Origin: an uncultured virus (IMG/VR IMGVR_UViG_2927661242_000003)
Lineage: Duplodnaviria; Heunggongvirae; Uroviricota; Caudoviricetes
Virus record (IMG/VR): IMGVR_UViG_2927661242_000003
Length of the DNA stretch: 20,000 bases
Direction: 5' to 3' (one strand)
The notes under the pieces are model-generated. The model was not told where the DNA came from. It searched no databases and saw only the letters and a program-made list of their open reading frames with translations. The translations under genes and the position numbers were made by a program. Below are positions 7,341 to 14,670 of the stretch, piece after piece. The stretch's first letter is position 1; each line of letters opens with the position of its first letter.

Positions 7341-7571
7341 TTATGCCGCAGCCCTTGAGCCGCGCAAGTACGCCCAATCAATATCCGGGCGAAGCTCCTC
7401 ACAGGTGACTGCGCCCTGTGTCTCTCGCTCTATGTTCACAGCAAGACCACCATTTGCTCGCCGATTGCGATAGGCGACCTGCTTAAGCTGACCCGCCGTG
7501 GTCTGGCAACGACTGGCCAAGCTATCCAACTCTGCTTTCTCGAGACCTTTTATGTATGAATGCAAGCTCAT
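7341..7571 (-). CDS. cro: Cro/YdaS-like transcriptional regulator
   Basis: 76 aa with an HTH and ...IERETQGAVTCEELRPDIDWAYLR (YdaS/Cro signature). GGAGG RBS; divergent from the S24 repressor. Confidence 0.9.
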   Translation of the reverse strand: MSLHSYIKGLEKAELDSLASRCQTTAGQLKQVAYRNRRANGGLAVNIERETQGAVTCEELRPDIDWAYLRGSRAAA

Positions 7572-7591
7572 AGGCACCTCCGTTTCGCAAA

Positions 7592-7632
7592 AGACTAGCA
7601 GCCGCTAACGGCATTAACAATAGCTGCGCGCA
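7592..7632 (-). promoter_or_regulatory. pR-like promoter and operators
   Basis: Minus strand TTGTTA-N17-TAGTCT. Operator TAGC-N4-GCTA at 7596-7607 and a half-degenerate copy at 7621-7632. Same architecture as 8383-8423. Confidence 0.75.
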
Positions 7633-7633
7633 A

Positions 7634-7667
7634 TTTACAAAACGCTAAACGAAATTAAGATGCTTGG
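7634..7667 (+). promoter_or_regulatory. pRM-like promoter predicted to give a leaderless cI mRNA
   Basis: TTTACA(7634-39)-N16-TAAGAT(7656-61), with the ATG 6 nt downstream and no Shine-Dalgarno. Confidence 0.55.
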
Positions 7668-8318
7668 ATGAATATCAGCCAGCTACGAATTGACGCTCTG
7701 CGAAAGCTTATTGGCGACCTGAAAACCAAAGAGTTTGCAGACCGCTATAACCTCGACGCGTCCTACATCTCCCAGCTTTTGAATGGTCATCGCCCATTGG
7801 GTGATAAAGCAGCCAAAAATCTTGAAGAAAAGATTGGCCTGCCTGGTGGAACACTCTTGATGCCCGCGCACTCAGCCCAGGACGGCATGGCGCTTGGCAT
7901 TGAGCCAGGTCCTAATTTAACGACACGTTTCCGGCGGGCGCCCATTCAAGGACAAGCCCAAGTGAAACCGGACGGATCGTGGGATGAGCTGACACCAACG
8001 GGTGGCTGGATCGATGTACCTACTTCGGACCCAAGTGTTTACTCAGTGCGCATCAAGGGCGATGCGCTGGCACCAGCCATCAGAAATGGTTGGATTGTGT
8101 GGTGCGAGCCCCGCCACGTCTTAGTACCTGGCGAATACGTGCTGGTATCAAAGACTAGCGGCGAGCAAATGATTAAGGAGTTGCTGTATTCGAATGACGA
8201 AGAAGTCAGCCTAATGTCAGTTAACGACACCTATGGGAGGGTCACCATCCCACGAACGGAGATCGAAAAAATCCACTATGTCGGAGGCATCATGCCACCG
8301 AGCCAGATTCAAGCCTGA
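7668..8318 (+). CDS. cI: CI-like repressor, HTH plus S24 peptidase
   Basis: N-terminal HTH (KEFADRYNLDASYISQLLNG...LGDKAAKNLE) and C-terminal S24-like domain (YSVRIKGDALAP...MIKEL). GDAL stands in place of the canonical GDSM. Confidence 0.9.
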   Translation: MNISQLRIDALRKLIGDLKTKEFADRYNLDASYISQLLNGHRPLGDKAAKNLEEKIGLPGGTLLMPAHSAQDGMALGIEPGPNLTTRFRRAPIQGQAQVKPDGSWDELTPTGGWIDVPTSDPSVYSVRIKGDALAPAIRNGWIVWCEPRHVLVPGEYVLVSKTSGEQMIKELLYSNDEEVSLMSVNDTYGRVTIPRTEIEKIHYVGGIMPPSQIQA

Positions 8319-8337
8319 TCAAAGATCAGCAAACAAG

Positions 8338-8363
8338 AAACCGCTCTCAGAGCGGTTTTTTTT
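8338..8363 (+). terminator. Intrinsic terminator after cI
   Basis: AAACCGCTC-TCA-GAGCGGTTT followed by a T run. Confidence 0.85.
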
Positions 8364-8382
8364 GCATTACGTAAAAATAATA

Positions 8383-8423
8383 TAGCCACAGCTATTGTTA
8401 ATTCTGTTAGCCGTTGCTAACTT
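8383..8423 (+). promoter_or_regulatory. pL-like promoter with two operators
   Basis: TAGC-N4-GCTA at 8383-8394 and 8408-8419; TTGTTA(8395-8400)-N17-TAACTT(8418-23). Confidence 0.78.
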
Positions 8424-8456
8424 TGCCTCGTACACCTCTCACCAAGAGTACGAGAT

Positions 8457-8642
8457 ATGCAAACCACTACACAGCACAGACTCGCCCGCTGCCCGGTGTA
8501 CCTCCACCCAGCAGCCTGCACCAGCCCCGAAGCCATCGACAAGATCCAGCGCCAGACCGGCCTGCTGGTGATCGCCACAACCCGCCGCACTGCCGCCGCC
8601 AAACCGGTAGACCTCGGCCCGTTCGGGGGTGACGCAGCATGA
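8457..8642 (+). CDS. Small hypothetical phage protein (first early gene)
   Basis: 61 aa; ATGA overlap with the next gene; start preceded by a motif hairpin. Confidence 0.7.
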   Translation: MQTTTQHRLARCPVYLHPAACTSPEAIDKIQRQTGLLVIATTRRTAAAKPVDLGPFGGDAA

Positions 8643-9214
8643 AACCATTGCTGATCGGCCTTGCCGGCCCGGCTCGCTCGGGTAAATCCACTACCGCTGA
8701 CCACCTGGTGCGCAACCACCTGCTGGAGCACTACGCCTTCGCCAACCCGCTGCGCTCCGGGCTCATGGAGATCTTCAACCTCGACCCGGACGACTTCGAA
8801 GGCGAGCGCAAAGAGCAGCCCCTGGACTGGCTTGGCCGGTCCCCGCGTGAACTGATGCAGTCGATGGGCACCGAGTGGGCCCGCCAGCTGGTGCACCCGG
8901 ACGTCTGGGTAAAGATCGCTGAGCAGAACCTCAACTACCTACAAAACTCGCTGTCGAGCGTGGTCGGCTTCGTCGTCAGCGACGTCCGCTTCGAGAACGA
9001 AGCCGAATTCATCCGCCAGCGAGGCGGCACGATCCTCCACATAAGCCGCCCCGATGCTCCTGCAGTGAACCCACACGCCAGCGAGGCAGGCATCCACGTC
9101 AAGCAGCCAGACCTGATCGTTCGCAATACCAGCGATCGAGAGCATTTGCGGTGCCTGATCGACGACTGCGTGCGGGTCATCCGGCGCCGCAACCTGGACA
9201 AGACCGCAGCCTGA
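8639..9214 (+). CDS. Deoxynucleoside monophosphate kinase (phage dNMP kinase family)
   Basis: LIGLAGPARSGKST P-loop, AFANPL, SPRELMQSMGTEWAR, VVSDVRFENEA and HASE motifs. Confidence 0.9.
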   Translation: MKPLLIGLAGPARSGKSTTADHLVRNHLLEHYAFANPLRSGLMEIFNLDPDDFEGERKEQPLDWLGRSPRELMQSMGTEWARQLVHPDVWVKIAEQNLNYLQNSLSSVVGFVVSDVRFENEAEFIRQRGGTILHISRPDAPAVNPHASEAGIHVKQPDLIVRNTSDREHLRCLIDDCVRVIRRRNLDKTAA

Positions 9215-9224
9215 GGACACGGCC

Positions 9225-9500
9225 ATGAACCGCACCCTTGACGAAACAGCGGCGCTGCTGGGGCTCAAACCCCGCGCCTTCCGCGCAAAGCTCCGGGAAC
9301 TGCGTGTGCTGGCAAAGGACGGGACCCTGGCCAGCCACCACCGCGACCAGGGCCACCTGTACTCCGACCCGCGCTCTGTGCAGATCGGCAAGTCCGGGCA
9401 GTACAAGCACTACGCCGTGGTGATGGTCACCGAAAGCGGCGTGCAGTACTTGGCCAAGAAACTGGGCATCACCATCGCGAACAAGGAAGCCGCAGCATGA
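9225..9500 (+). CDS. Phage antirepressor KilAC-like domain protein
   Basis: 91 aa, TLDETAALLGLKPRAFRAKLRE...VMVTESGVQYLAKKL; GAGGA RBS. Confidence 0.7.
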   Translation: MNRTLDETAALLGLKPRAFRAKLRELRVLAKDGTLASHHRDQGHLYSDPRSVQIGKSGQYKHYAVVMVTESGVQYLAKKLGITIANKEAAA

Positions 9501-9880
9501 AGACCAACTACTTCAACGCCTACACCCAAGCCCTCGGCGCCCTGGCCCTGATCCCGATCTACCTGACCAGCCCCGGCACTGTGAGCAAGGCCACCCTGAT
9601 TGGCACCGCCAACGAGGCCACGCTGGCCCTGGCGAGCATGCCCGCCTGTGCGGTCGAGTTGGCGGAGGTTTATCGGTGCGTCAGCAGCGTGATCCAACCC
9701 GGCCAGATTGCCTACGTCACCCCGACCAATGTCCCCGAGACGCCCTTCGGGGCCGTCGTGGCGGATGAGCGCGGCCTGATCTGCGCCGCCGCCCGAGGCG
9801 CCAGCAAAGAGGGGCTGGCGGAACTGATCCGCCTCAAGCTGCAGCCCGCCGAAGTGGGGGCCGGGGAGGCAAGCACATGA
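9497..9880 (+). CDS. Hypothetical phage protein
   Basis: 127 aa with ATGA overlaps at both ends. Confidence 0.75.
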   Translation: MKTNYFNAYTQALGALALIPIYLTSPGTVSKATLIGTANEATLALASMPACAVELAEVYRCVSSVIQPGQIAYVTPTNVPETPFGAVVADERGLICAAARGASKEGLAELIRLKLQPAEVGAGEAST

Positions 9881-10119
9881 GCGACACCCTCGACCAACTG
9901 AGGCGCCAGTTCGCCACGCCCTGCCCCACCCTGGCAGCGGTGCGGGAGCAGTATTTCGCGCACATCCGCACTGACCGGCATCTGCTCAGCGAAATCAAAA
10001 AGGGCCGGGTGAAGCTGATCGTGACGCGCCTTCACGGGTCTGCACGCGCCAAACCCGTGGTTTATCTGCACAACCTGGCCGCCTACCTCGACGCCCAAGC
10101 GGAGAAAGCGGCGGCCTGA
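9877..10119 (+). CDS. Pyocin activator PrtN-family protein
   Basis: 80 aa; LAAVREQYFAHI...IKKGRVKLIVTRL...VYLHNLAAYLDAQ matches the PrtN family pattern. Confidence 0.8.
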   Translation: MSDTLDQLRRQFATPCPTLAAVREQYFAHIRTDRHLLSEIKKGRVKLIVTRLHGSARAKPVVYLHNLAAYLDAQAEKAAA

Positions 10120-10169
10120 CAACGGTGGCCCCTGCCGTCCAGGGGCGAACATCCAGTGAGACACAGCAC

Positions 10170-10520
10170 ATGAAACCAACCGACACCGCCGAATTCATCG
10201 GCGAACTCAACGCCGGAGTCTTCGCCAGCCAGATCGGCCACGCGCTTTCAGAAGTCGCAGCAGGCGTGGTCGACCACGGCAAGGTCGGCACCGTGACCAT
10301 CACCTTCACCTTGAGCCAGATCGCATCCAGCCATCAGGTAACCGTCAACCACAAGCTGGCCTACAAGGTGCCAACCAAGCGCGGCAGCCGCAGCGAGGAC
10401 ACCACCCTCGACACGCCGATGCATGTCAACGAAGGCGGGCGCCTGACCCTGTTCGCCGAGGCCCCAGGCCCTGGGCAGTTGTTCGACCGGAACGACGCAC
10501 CGATTCACGCCAAGTCCTAA
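10170..10520 (+). CDS. YfdP-like phage protein
   Basis: MKPTDTAEFIGELNAGVF...KLAYKVPTKRGSRSEDTTLDTPMHVNEGGRLTLF; sits directly upstream of DUF2303, as is usual for this pair. Confidence 0.75.
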   Translation: MKPTDTAEFIGELNAGVFASQIGHALSEVAAGVVDHGKVGTVTITFTLSQIASSHQVTVNHKLAYKVPTKRGSRSEDTTLDTPMHVNEGGRLTLFAEAPGPGQLFDRNDAPIHAKS

Positions 10521-10561
10521 ACCACCCTGCTCCAAACCTCTCACCACAAGGAACAGATCCA

Positions 10562-11374
10562 ATGGAAGCCAAAGCAATTCAACTGCTCCAAGACACCGCC
10601 ATCCTGGCCCACGCCAAGCGCCTGGACACGCACACCCCAACCCTGGTGCTGCCGTCCGACCAGAAGATACACAGCATCGAAAAGTTCCAGCCTCTGCGCA
10701 GCCGCTTCCGCGGTGAGCTGGTCACCCACTCGCTGCACGACTTCGGCAACTACGTGCAACACCACAGCTCCGAAGCTGCAGCCGCCGGTTTCGTTGACGC
10801 CGAACAGATGCGCTGCACCGTGTACTTCAATCTGGGTGACATTACAGCCCCCGGTCACGGCGACTTCACCGCAACGCTGAACCTGCGCAAGACCGCCGGG
10901 TTTCAGGCCCTGGAACGCGCCGCCAGCACGACGTTCCAGCAGAAAGACCTGAGCGACTGGATCGAAGACTGGGCCCCTAACCTGGCCTCCCTAGCCGCCG
11001 ACGACTCCCCCATCGACTTGCGCAAAGCAGCGAGCGCCATTCGCTCGATCAGCATCGAGCAGGCCCGCAAGAGTGAGCACGTCGTGGGCGACCTGAGCGC
11101 ATCGCGCTCCGCCATGGACCAGATCGAGGCCAAGTCGTCCGAAGGGCTGCCCGCCGAATTCCGCTTCACCGTCGAGCCCTACGAAGGGCTCACTGCGAGA
11201 ACCATCCGCTTGCGTGTGGCGGTACTGACCGGCGGCGACAAGCCACTGCTCAAGCTGCGCTGGATCGGCGAGGAACAACTGCGCGAAGACCTGGCCCAGG
11301 AATTTAAGGAAGTCGTCCAGGCCGATGTGGGCACCGCCGCAACGCTGACCATCGGCAGCTTCAAGCTGGCGTAA
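10562..11374 (+). CDS. DUF2303 / YfdQ family protein
   Basis: 270 aa, RSRFRG...FNLG...PGHGD...QKDLSDWIEDW...SRSAMDQIEAKS...PYEGL...IGSF. Confidence 0.88.
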   Translation: MEAKAIQLLQDTAILAHAKRLDTHTPTLVLPSDQKIHSIEKFQPLRSRFRGELVTHSLHDFGNYVQHHSSEAAAAGFVDAEQMRCTVYFNLGDITAPGHGDFTATLNLRKTAGFQALERAASTTFQQKDLSDWIEDWAPNLASLAADDSPIDLRKAASAIRSISIEQARKSEHVVGDLSASRSAMDQIEAKSSEGLPAEFRFTVEPYEGLTARTIRLRVAVLTGGDKPLLKLRWIGEEQLREDLAQEFKEVVQADVGTAATLTIGSFKLA

Positions 11375-11451
11375 CCACCTGCAACACCCCGCCGCCGTCC
11401 TCTCACCACGATACATATCCGGCGGCGGGGCTCTAACGAGGATCACAGCAC

Positions 11452-12069
11452 ATGCAAACTCAACACCTGATCATCATCGCCATAGGCCAACTGCTTGGAC
11501 TGGCCGTACTGGCCTACTTCATCCGCCGCGCGTTCCTACGCGCCTTGGCACGCGCCACAGCAGACGACCGCGACCGGATCTATGCACTGAACAACGATCT
11601 GGCCCGAACTGTCGAGGCCCGCGAGGAACTGAAAAAGCAACTCGCCGACCACAACACCCGCCAGCGCCAGCTCAAGGCGCAGCCCTTCACCCTGGAAGAC
11701 CACCAGACCCTAATCAGCATCGCCCAGGCCCTCGGCCTTGCTGCCTCGACCTACAAGGCAATCCCAGGGACCGCCCCCGTCCAGGCCAAAGCAGACGCCC
11801 TGGCCGCACAAGCCCGCACCCTGGCCTATCGAGTCTTCCACACCGTCACCGCGGCTACCGCGCACAACGGCGAATCGCTAGACACCCAGCTCATTGAATG
11901 GCTCAACGCCCACGGTGACCTCTGGGGCAGCCTTGAGAACAGCACCATCACCTTCCCGCATGAGGCAGACACCGAGGGCTATCCGCATGTACGCGAAGCA
12001 CTGAGGGAAGCCTATGAGCTGCACCAGCAGCGCGAAGCCCGCGAGCTGGGCCAGGAGGACGCGGCATGA
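11452..12069 (+). CDS. Hypothetical protein with N-terminal membrane anchor and coiled coil
   Basis: 205 aa; residues ~6-24 are hydrophobic and followed by a heptad-rich region; GAGGA RBS; ATGA overlap with the MTase gene. Confidence 0.75.
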   Translation: MQTQHLIIIAIGQLLGLAVLAYFIRRAFLRALARATADDRDRIYALNNDLARTVEAREELKKQLADHNTRQRQLKAQPFTLEDHQTLISIAQALGLAASTYKAIPGTAPVQAKADALAAQARTLAYRVFHTVTAATAHNGESLDTQLIEWLNAHGDLWGSLENSTITFPHEADTEGYPHVREALREAYELHQQREARELGQEDAA

Positions 12070-14030
12070 CCTCCCTGAAAGCGCCTCCTTTCAACTTCAA
12101 GACCCAATATTCCCTCGGGCTCAACGCTCAAGACGATGAGATCGTCGTTGATTTCTTCTGCGGTGGTGGGGGTGCCGGAACCGGCCTGGAGATGGGCCTG
12201 GGCCGCGCTGTGAACGTCGCGAAGAACCACAGCCCTGCAGCGATCAGCATGCACACCGTGAATCACCCAGGCGCCGTGCACTACACCACCGACGTGTTCG
12301 ACGGTGATCCGGACACCGAATGCGGCGGCAAGGCCGTAGGCTGGTTCCACATGTCGCCGGACTGCACACACCACAGTCAGGCCGCTGGTGGCCAGCCACG
12401 CAAGCGCGAGATCCGAAACCTTTCGTGGATCGGTTTGAAATGGGCCGGCAAGAAGAAACCCCGGGTAATCAGCCTAGAGAACGTGAGGCAGATCCTGCAG
12501 TGGGGCCCTCTCGTTGCCAAGCGTGACAAAGCCACTGGGCGGGTAGTGAAACTCGGTGGCAGTGTGGCTGCCCCTGGTGAGGTTGTGCCGGTCCACCACC
12601 AATTCCTGGTGCCAGATCCAGCCCGGCGCGGGCAAACCTGGGCCGTGTTCGTCGCCGAGCTGCAACGCCTTGGCTATGCCGTCGAGTGGCGCGTGATCAA
12701 GGCGTGCGACTTCGGTGCGCCGACAAGTCGGGAACGCCTGTTCATGATCGCCCGCTGCGACGGCCAGCCCATCGTGTGGCCAGAGCCAACCCATGCCAAG
12801 AACCCAGCAAAAAGCCAGAAGAAGTGGCGCACTGCTGCCGAGTGCATTGACTGGACGATCCCAAGCAAAAGCATCTTCGACCGGCCCAAGCCTCTGGCAC
12901 CAGCCACCCTGCGGCGAATCGCCAAGGGCATGAAGAAATTCGTCCTCGATGCCGCTGACCCGTTCATCGTGCCGATTGCGAACTGGTCCGGCGATAGCGT
13001 GCAATCAGCCCATGAGCCGCTACGGACCGTGACGTCCTGGCCCCGCGGCGGATCATTCGCCATCGCCAGCCCGATCATCGCGCCAGCAACGCACCAGGGC
13101 AGCGATCGCATCAACGACCCGTCCGCCCCGCTGCCGACTGTGACCTGCGCGAATCGCGGCGAGCTGACGTTGATCAGTCCGGTGATGGTCACTGCTGCGC
13201 ATGGCGAAGGGAAGCCTGGCGGTGTTCAACGCTGGGGCAACGGCAGCAAGTTTGCCGGTGCCCCGCTGGGGACGGTGACAGCCAGCGGCGGGCATTCAGT
13301 TGCAGCCGCTCACCTGGTGAAGTTCCGGTTCTCGGACGACGGCAAAGCGCTGGATGAACCGCTGCCGACCATCACCAGCGGCGGCAACTACCAGCGCCCG
13401 GCCGGCGCCGCACACGCCATGGGTATCTCAACGGTGTTCATGGCCCAGATGAATGGCGGCTTCAACACCACGGACGCCAAGAGCATCGAGGACCCGATGA
13501 CCACGGTGACAAACACCGGCAGTCAGCAACAGCTGGTGACGGCAAACCTGCTGCACCTGCGCGGCAACTGTGACGCGAAGGATTGCGCCGAACCGCTACA
13601 CACTGTCAGCGCAGCCGGCACCCATCACGGCCTGGTCGAGTACACCCTATCGCCTGAGCACGAAGAGGGCGCCCTGCGGGTCGCCGCATTCCTGATCAGC
13701 TACTACGGCGCCGAGAACGTGAGCGCTGCAAACGAGCCGGCCCCAACGATTACCACCAGGGACCGCCTTGGCCTGGTAACCGTCACCATCAAGGGCACCC
13801 CCTATGTGATAGTCGATATCTGCCTGCGGATGCTGCAGCCCTCCGAGCTGTACAAGGCCCAGGGCTTCCCCGCCGACTACATCATCAGCCACGGCGCCGA
13901 CGGCAAACTGTTCACCAAGACCCAACAGGTGCACATGTGCGGCAACAGCGTCAGCCCACCGCCGATGGCTGCCCTCGCACGCGCAAATGACCCTTGGCGC
14001 CAAACCGAGCAGCTCAAGGAGGCCGCATGA
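12066..14030 (+). CDS. DNA (cytosine-5) methyltransferase, phage orphan type
   Basis: Motif I DFFCGGGG, IV SPDC, VI LENV, VIII TSRERLF, IX RML...ELYKAQGFP and X GNSV; 654 aa. Confidence 0.93.
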   Translation: MTSLKAPPFNFKTQYSLGLNAQDDEIVVDFFCGGGGAGTGLEMGLGRAVNVAKNHSPAAISMHTVNHPGAVHYTTDVFDGDPDTECGGKAVGWFHMSPDCTHHSQAAGGQPRKREIRNLSWIGLKWAGKKKPRVISLENVRQILQWGPLVAKRDKATGRVVKLGGSVAAPGEVVPVHHQFLVPDPARRGQTWAVFVAELQRLGYAVEWRVIKACDFGAPTSRERLFMIARCDGQPIVWPEPTHAKNPAKSQKKWRTAAECIDWTIPSKSIFDRPKPLAPATLRRIAKGMKKFVLDAADPFIVPIANWSGDSVQSAHEPLRTVTSWPRGGSFAIASPIIAPATHQGSDRINDPSAPLPTVTCANRGELTLISPVMVTAAHGEGKPGGVQRWGNGSKFAGAPLGTVTASGGHSVAAAHLVKFRFSDDGKALDEPLPTITSGGNYQRPAGAAHAMGISTVFMAQMNGGFNTTDAKSIEDPMTTVTNTGSQQQLVTANLLHLRGNCDAKDCAEPLHTVSAAGTHHGLVEYTLSPEHEEGALRVAAFLISYYGAENVSAANEPAPTITTRDRLGLVTVTIKGTPYVIVDICLRMLQPSELYKAQGFPADYIISHGADGKLFTKTQQVHMCGNSVSPPPMAALARANDPWRQTEQLKEAA

Positions 14031-14476
14031 GCCAGAAACCTCTATGTGACCACACCGAACTGAAGGAACTGATTGTCCGCGCGTTTACTGATCGCCGGTT
14101 CTGCGCTGACGAGCATCACCGGGCCCTGGCCCAGGGCGCGAAGGCCCTGATCGCGGAGAATGAGAGACTTAAAGGACTTCGCCCAGAACCGCCGCCGCGC
14201 CCGCCAGAGGGCGAAGGGCTGCCACGTTATGGCCTCCGCTGGAACGGTCCGCAGCAGCCCTTGGCCACTCCCATGGACGACGGCTACTGGACGCCCTGGC
14301 ACCTGGCCAACGAGCTGCGCCAGGACGCCGAGCGATATCAGTGGCTACGCTCCCGCGACCTCGAAACCATCAGCCATGGCGGTGTCTTCGCCGGCATAAC
14401 CCCACAGAACATAGTCCTAAACGAGGAAACCCTCGACGAGGCCGTAGATGCGGCCCGGACCCAGGAGGCGCTATGA
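14027..14476 (+). CDS. Hypothetical phage early protein (Ead/Ea22-like mosaic)
   Basis: 149 aa from the ATGA overlap; ALIAENERL and LRQDAERYQWLR modules are common in lambdoid early genes. Confidence 0.7.
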   Translation: MSQKPLCDHTELKELIVRAFTDRRFCADEHHRALAQGAKALIAENERLKGLRPEPPPRPPEGEGLPRYGLRWNGPQQPLATPMDDGYWTPWHLANELRQDAERYQWLRSRDLETISHGGVFAGITPQNIVLNEETLDEAVDAARTQEAL

Positions 14477-14670
14477 GCCTGCCACGCTGGGTGATGATCT
14501 GCCGAGCTGCCGAACTCACCGGGTACAGCGAAGACGCCATACGCCACAAGGTAAAGAACGGCACCTGGGCCCAAGGCCGAATTTGGCGCAAGACACCTGA
14601 CGGCCGTATCGCAATCAACATGACGGAGTATGACAAGTGGGCCGAGAGCGCACCCCAAGAAGCGGCCTAG
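14473..14670 (+). CDS. xis: Excisionase
   Basis: 65 aa, MSLPRWVMICRAAELTGYSEDAIRHKVKNGTWAQGRIWRKTPDGRIAIN; overlaps the int start. Confidence 0.88.
   Translation: MSLPRWVMICRAAELTGYSEDAIRHKVKNGTWAQGRIWRKTPDGRIAINMTEYDKWAESAPQEAA

Noticed and set aside
6967..7377. 136-aa minus-strand ORF, and the 197-aa extended cII start at 7124
   Set aside because: The ORF translates the hairpin repeats (GPGPLTTRIPR twice) and overlaps both cro and cII. The region is better explained as structured non-coding sequence.
10128..10146. Hairpin GCCCCTG-CCGTC-CAGGGGC as an intrinsic terminator
   Set aside because: No U tract follows it. It may be a pause or processing site but cannot be called a terminator.
12066..14476. 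Restriction-modification system
   Set aside because: No endonuclease-like neighbour; the MTase is embedded in the phage early operon.
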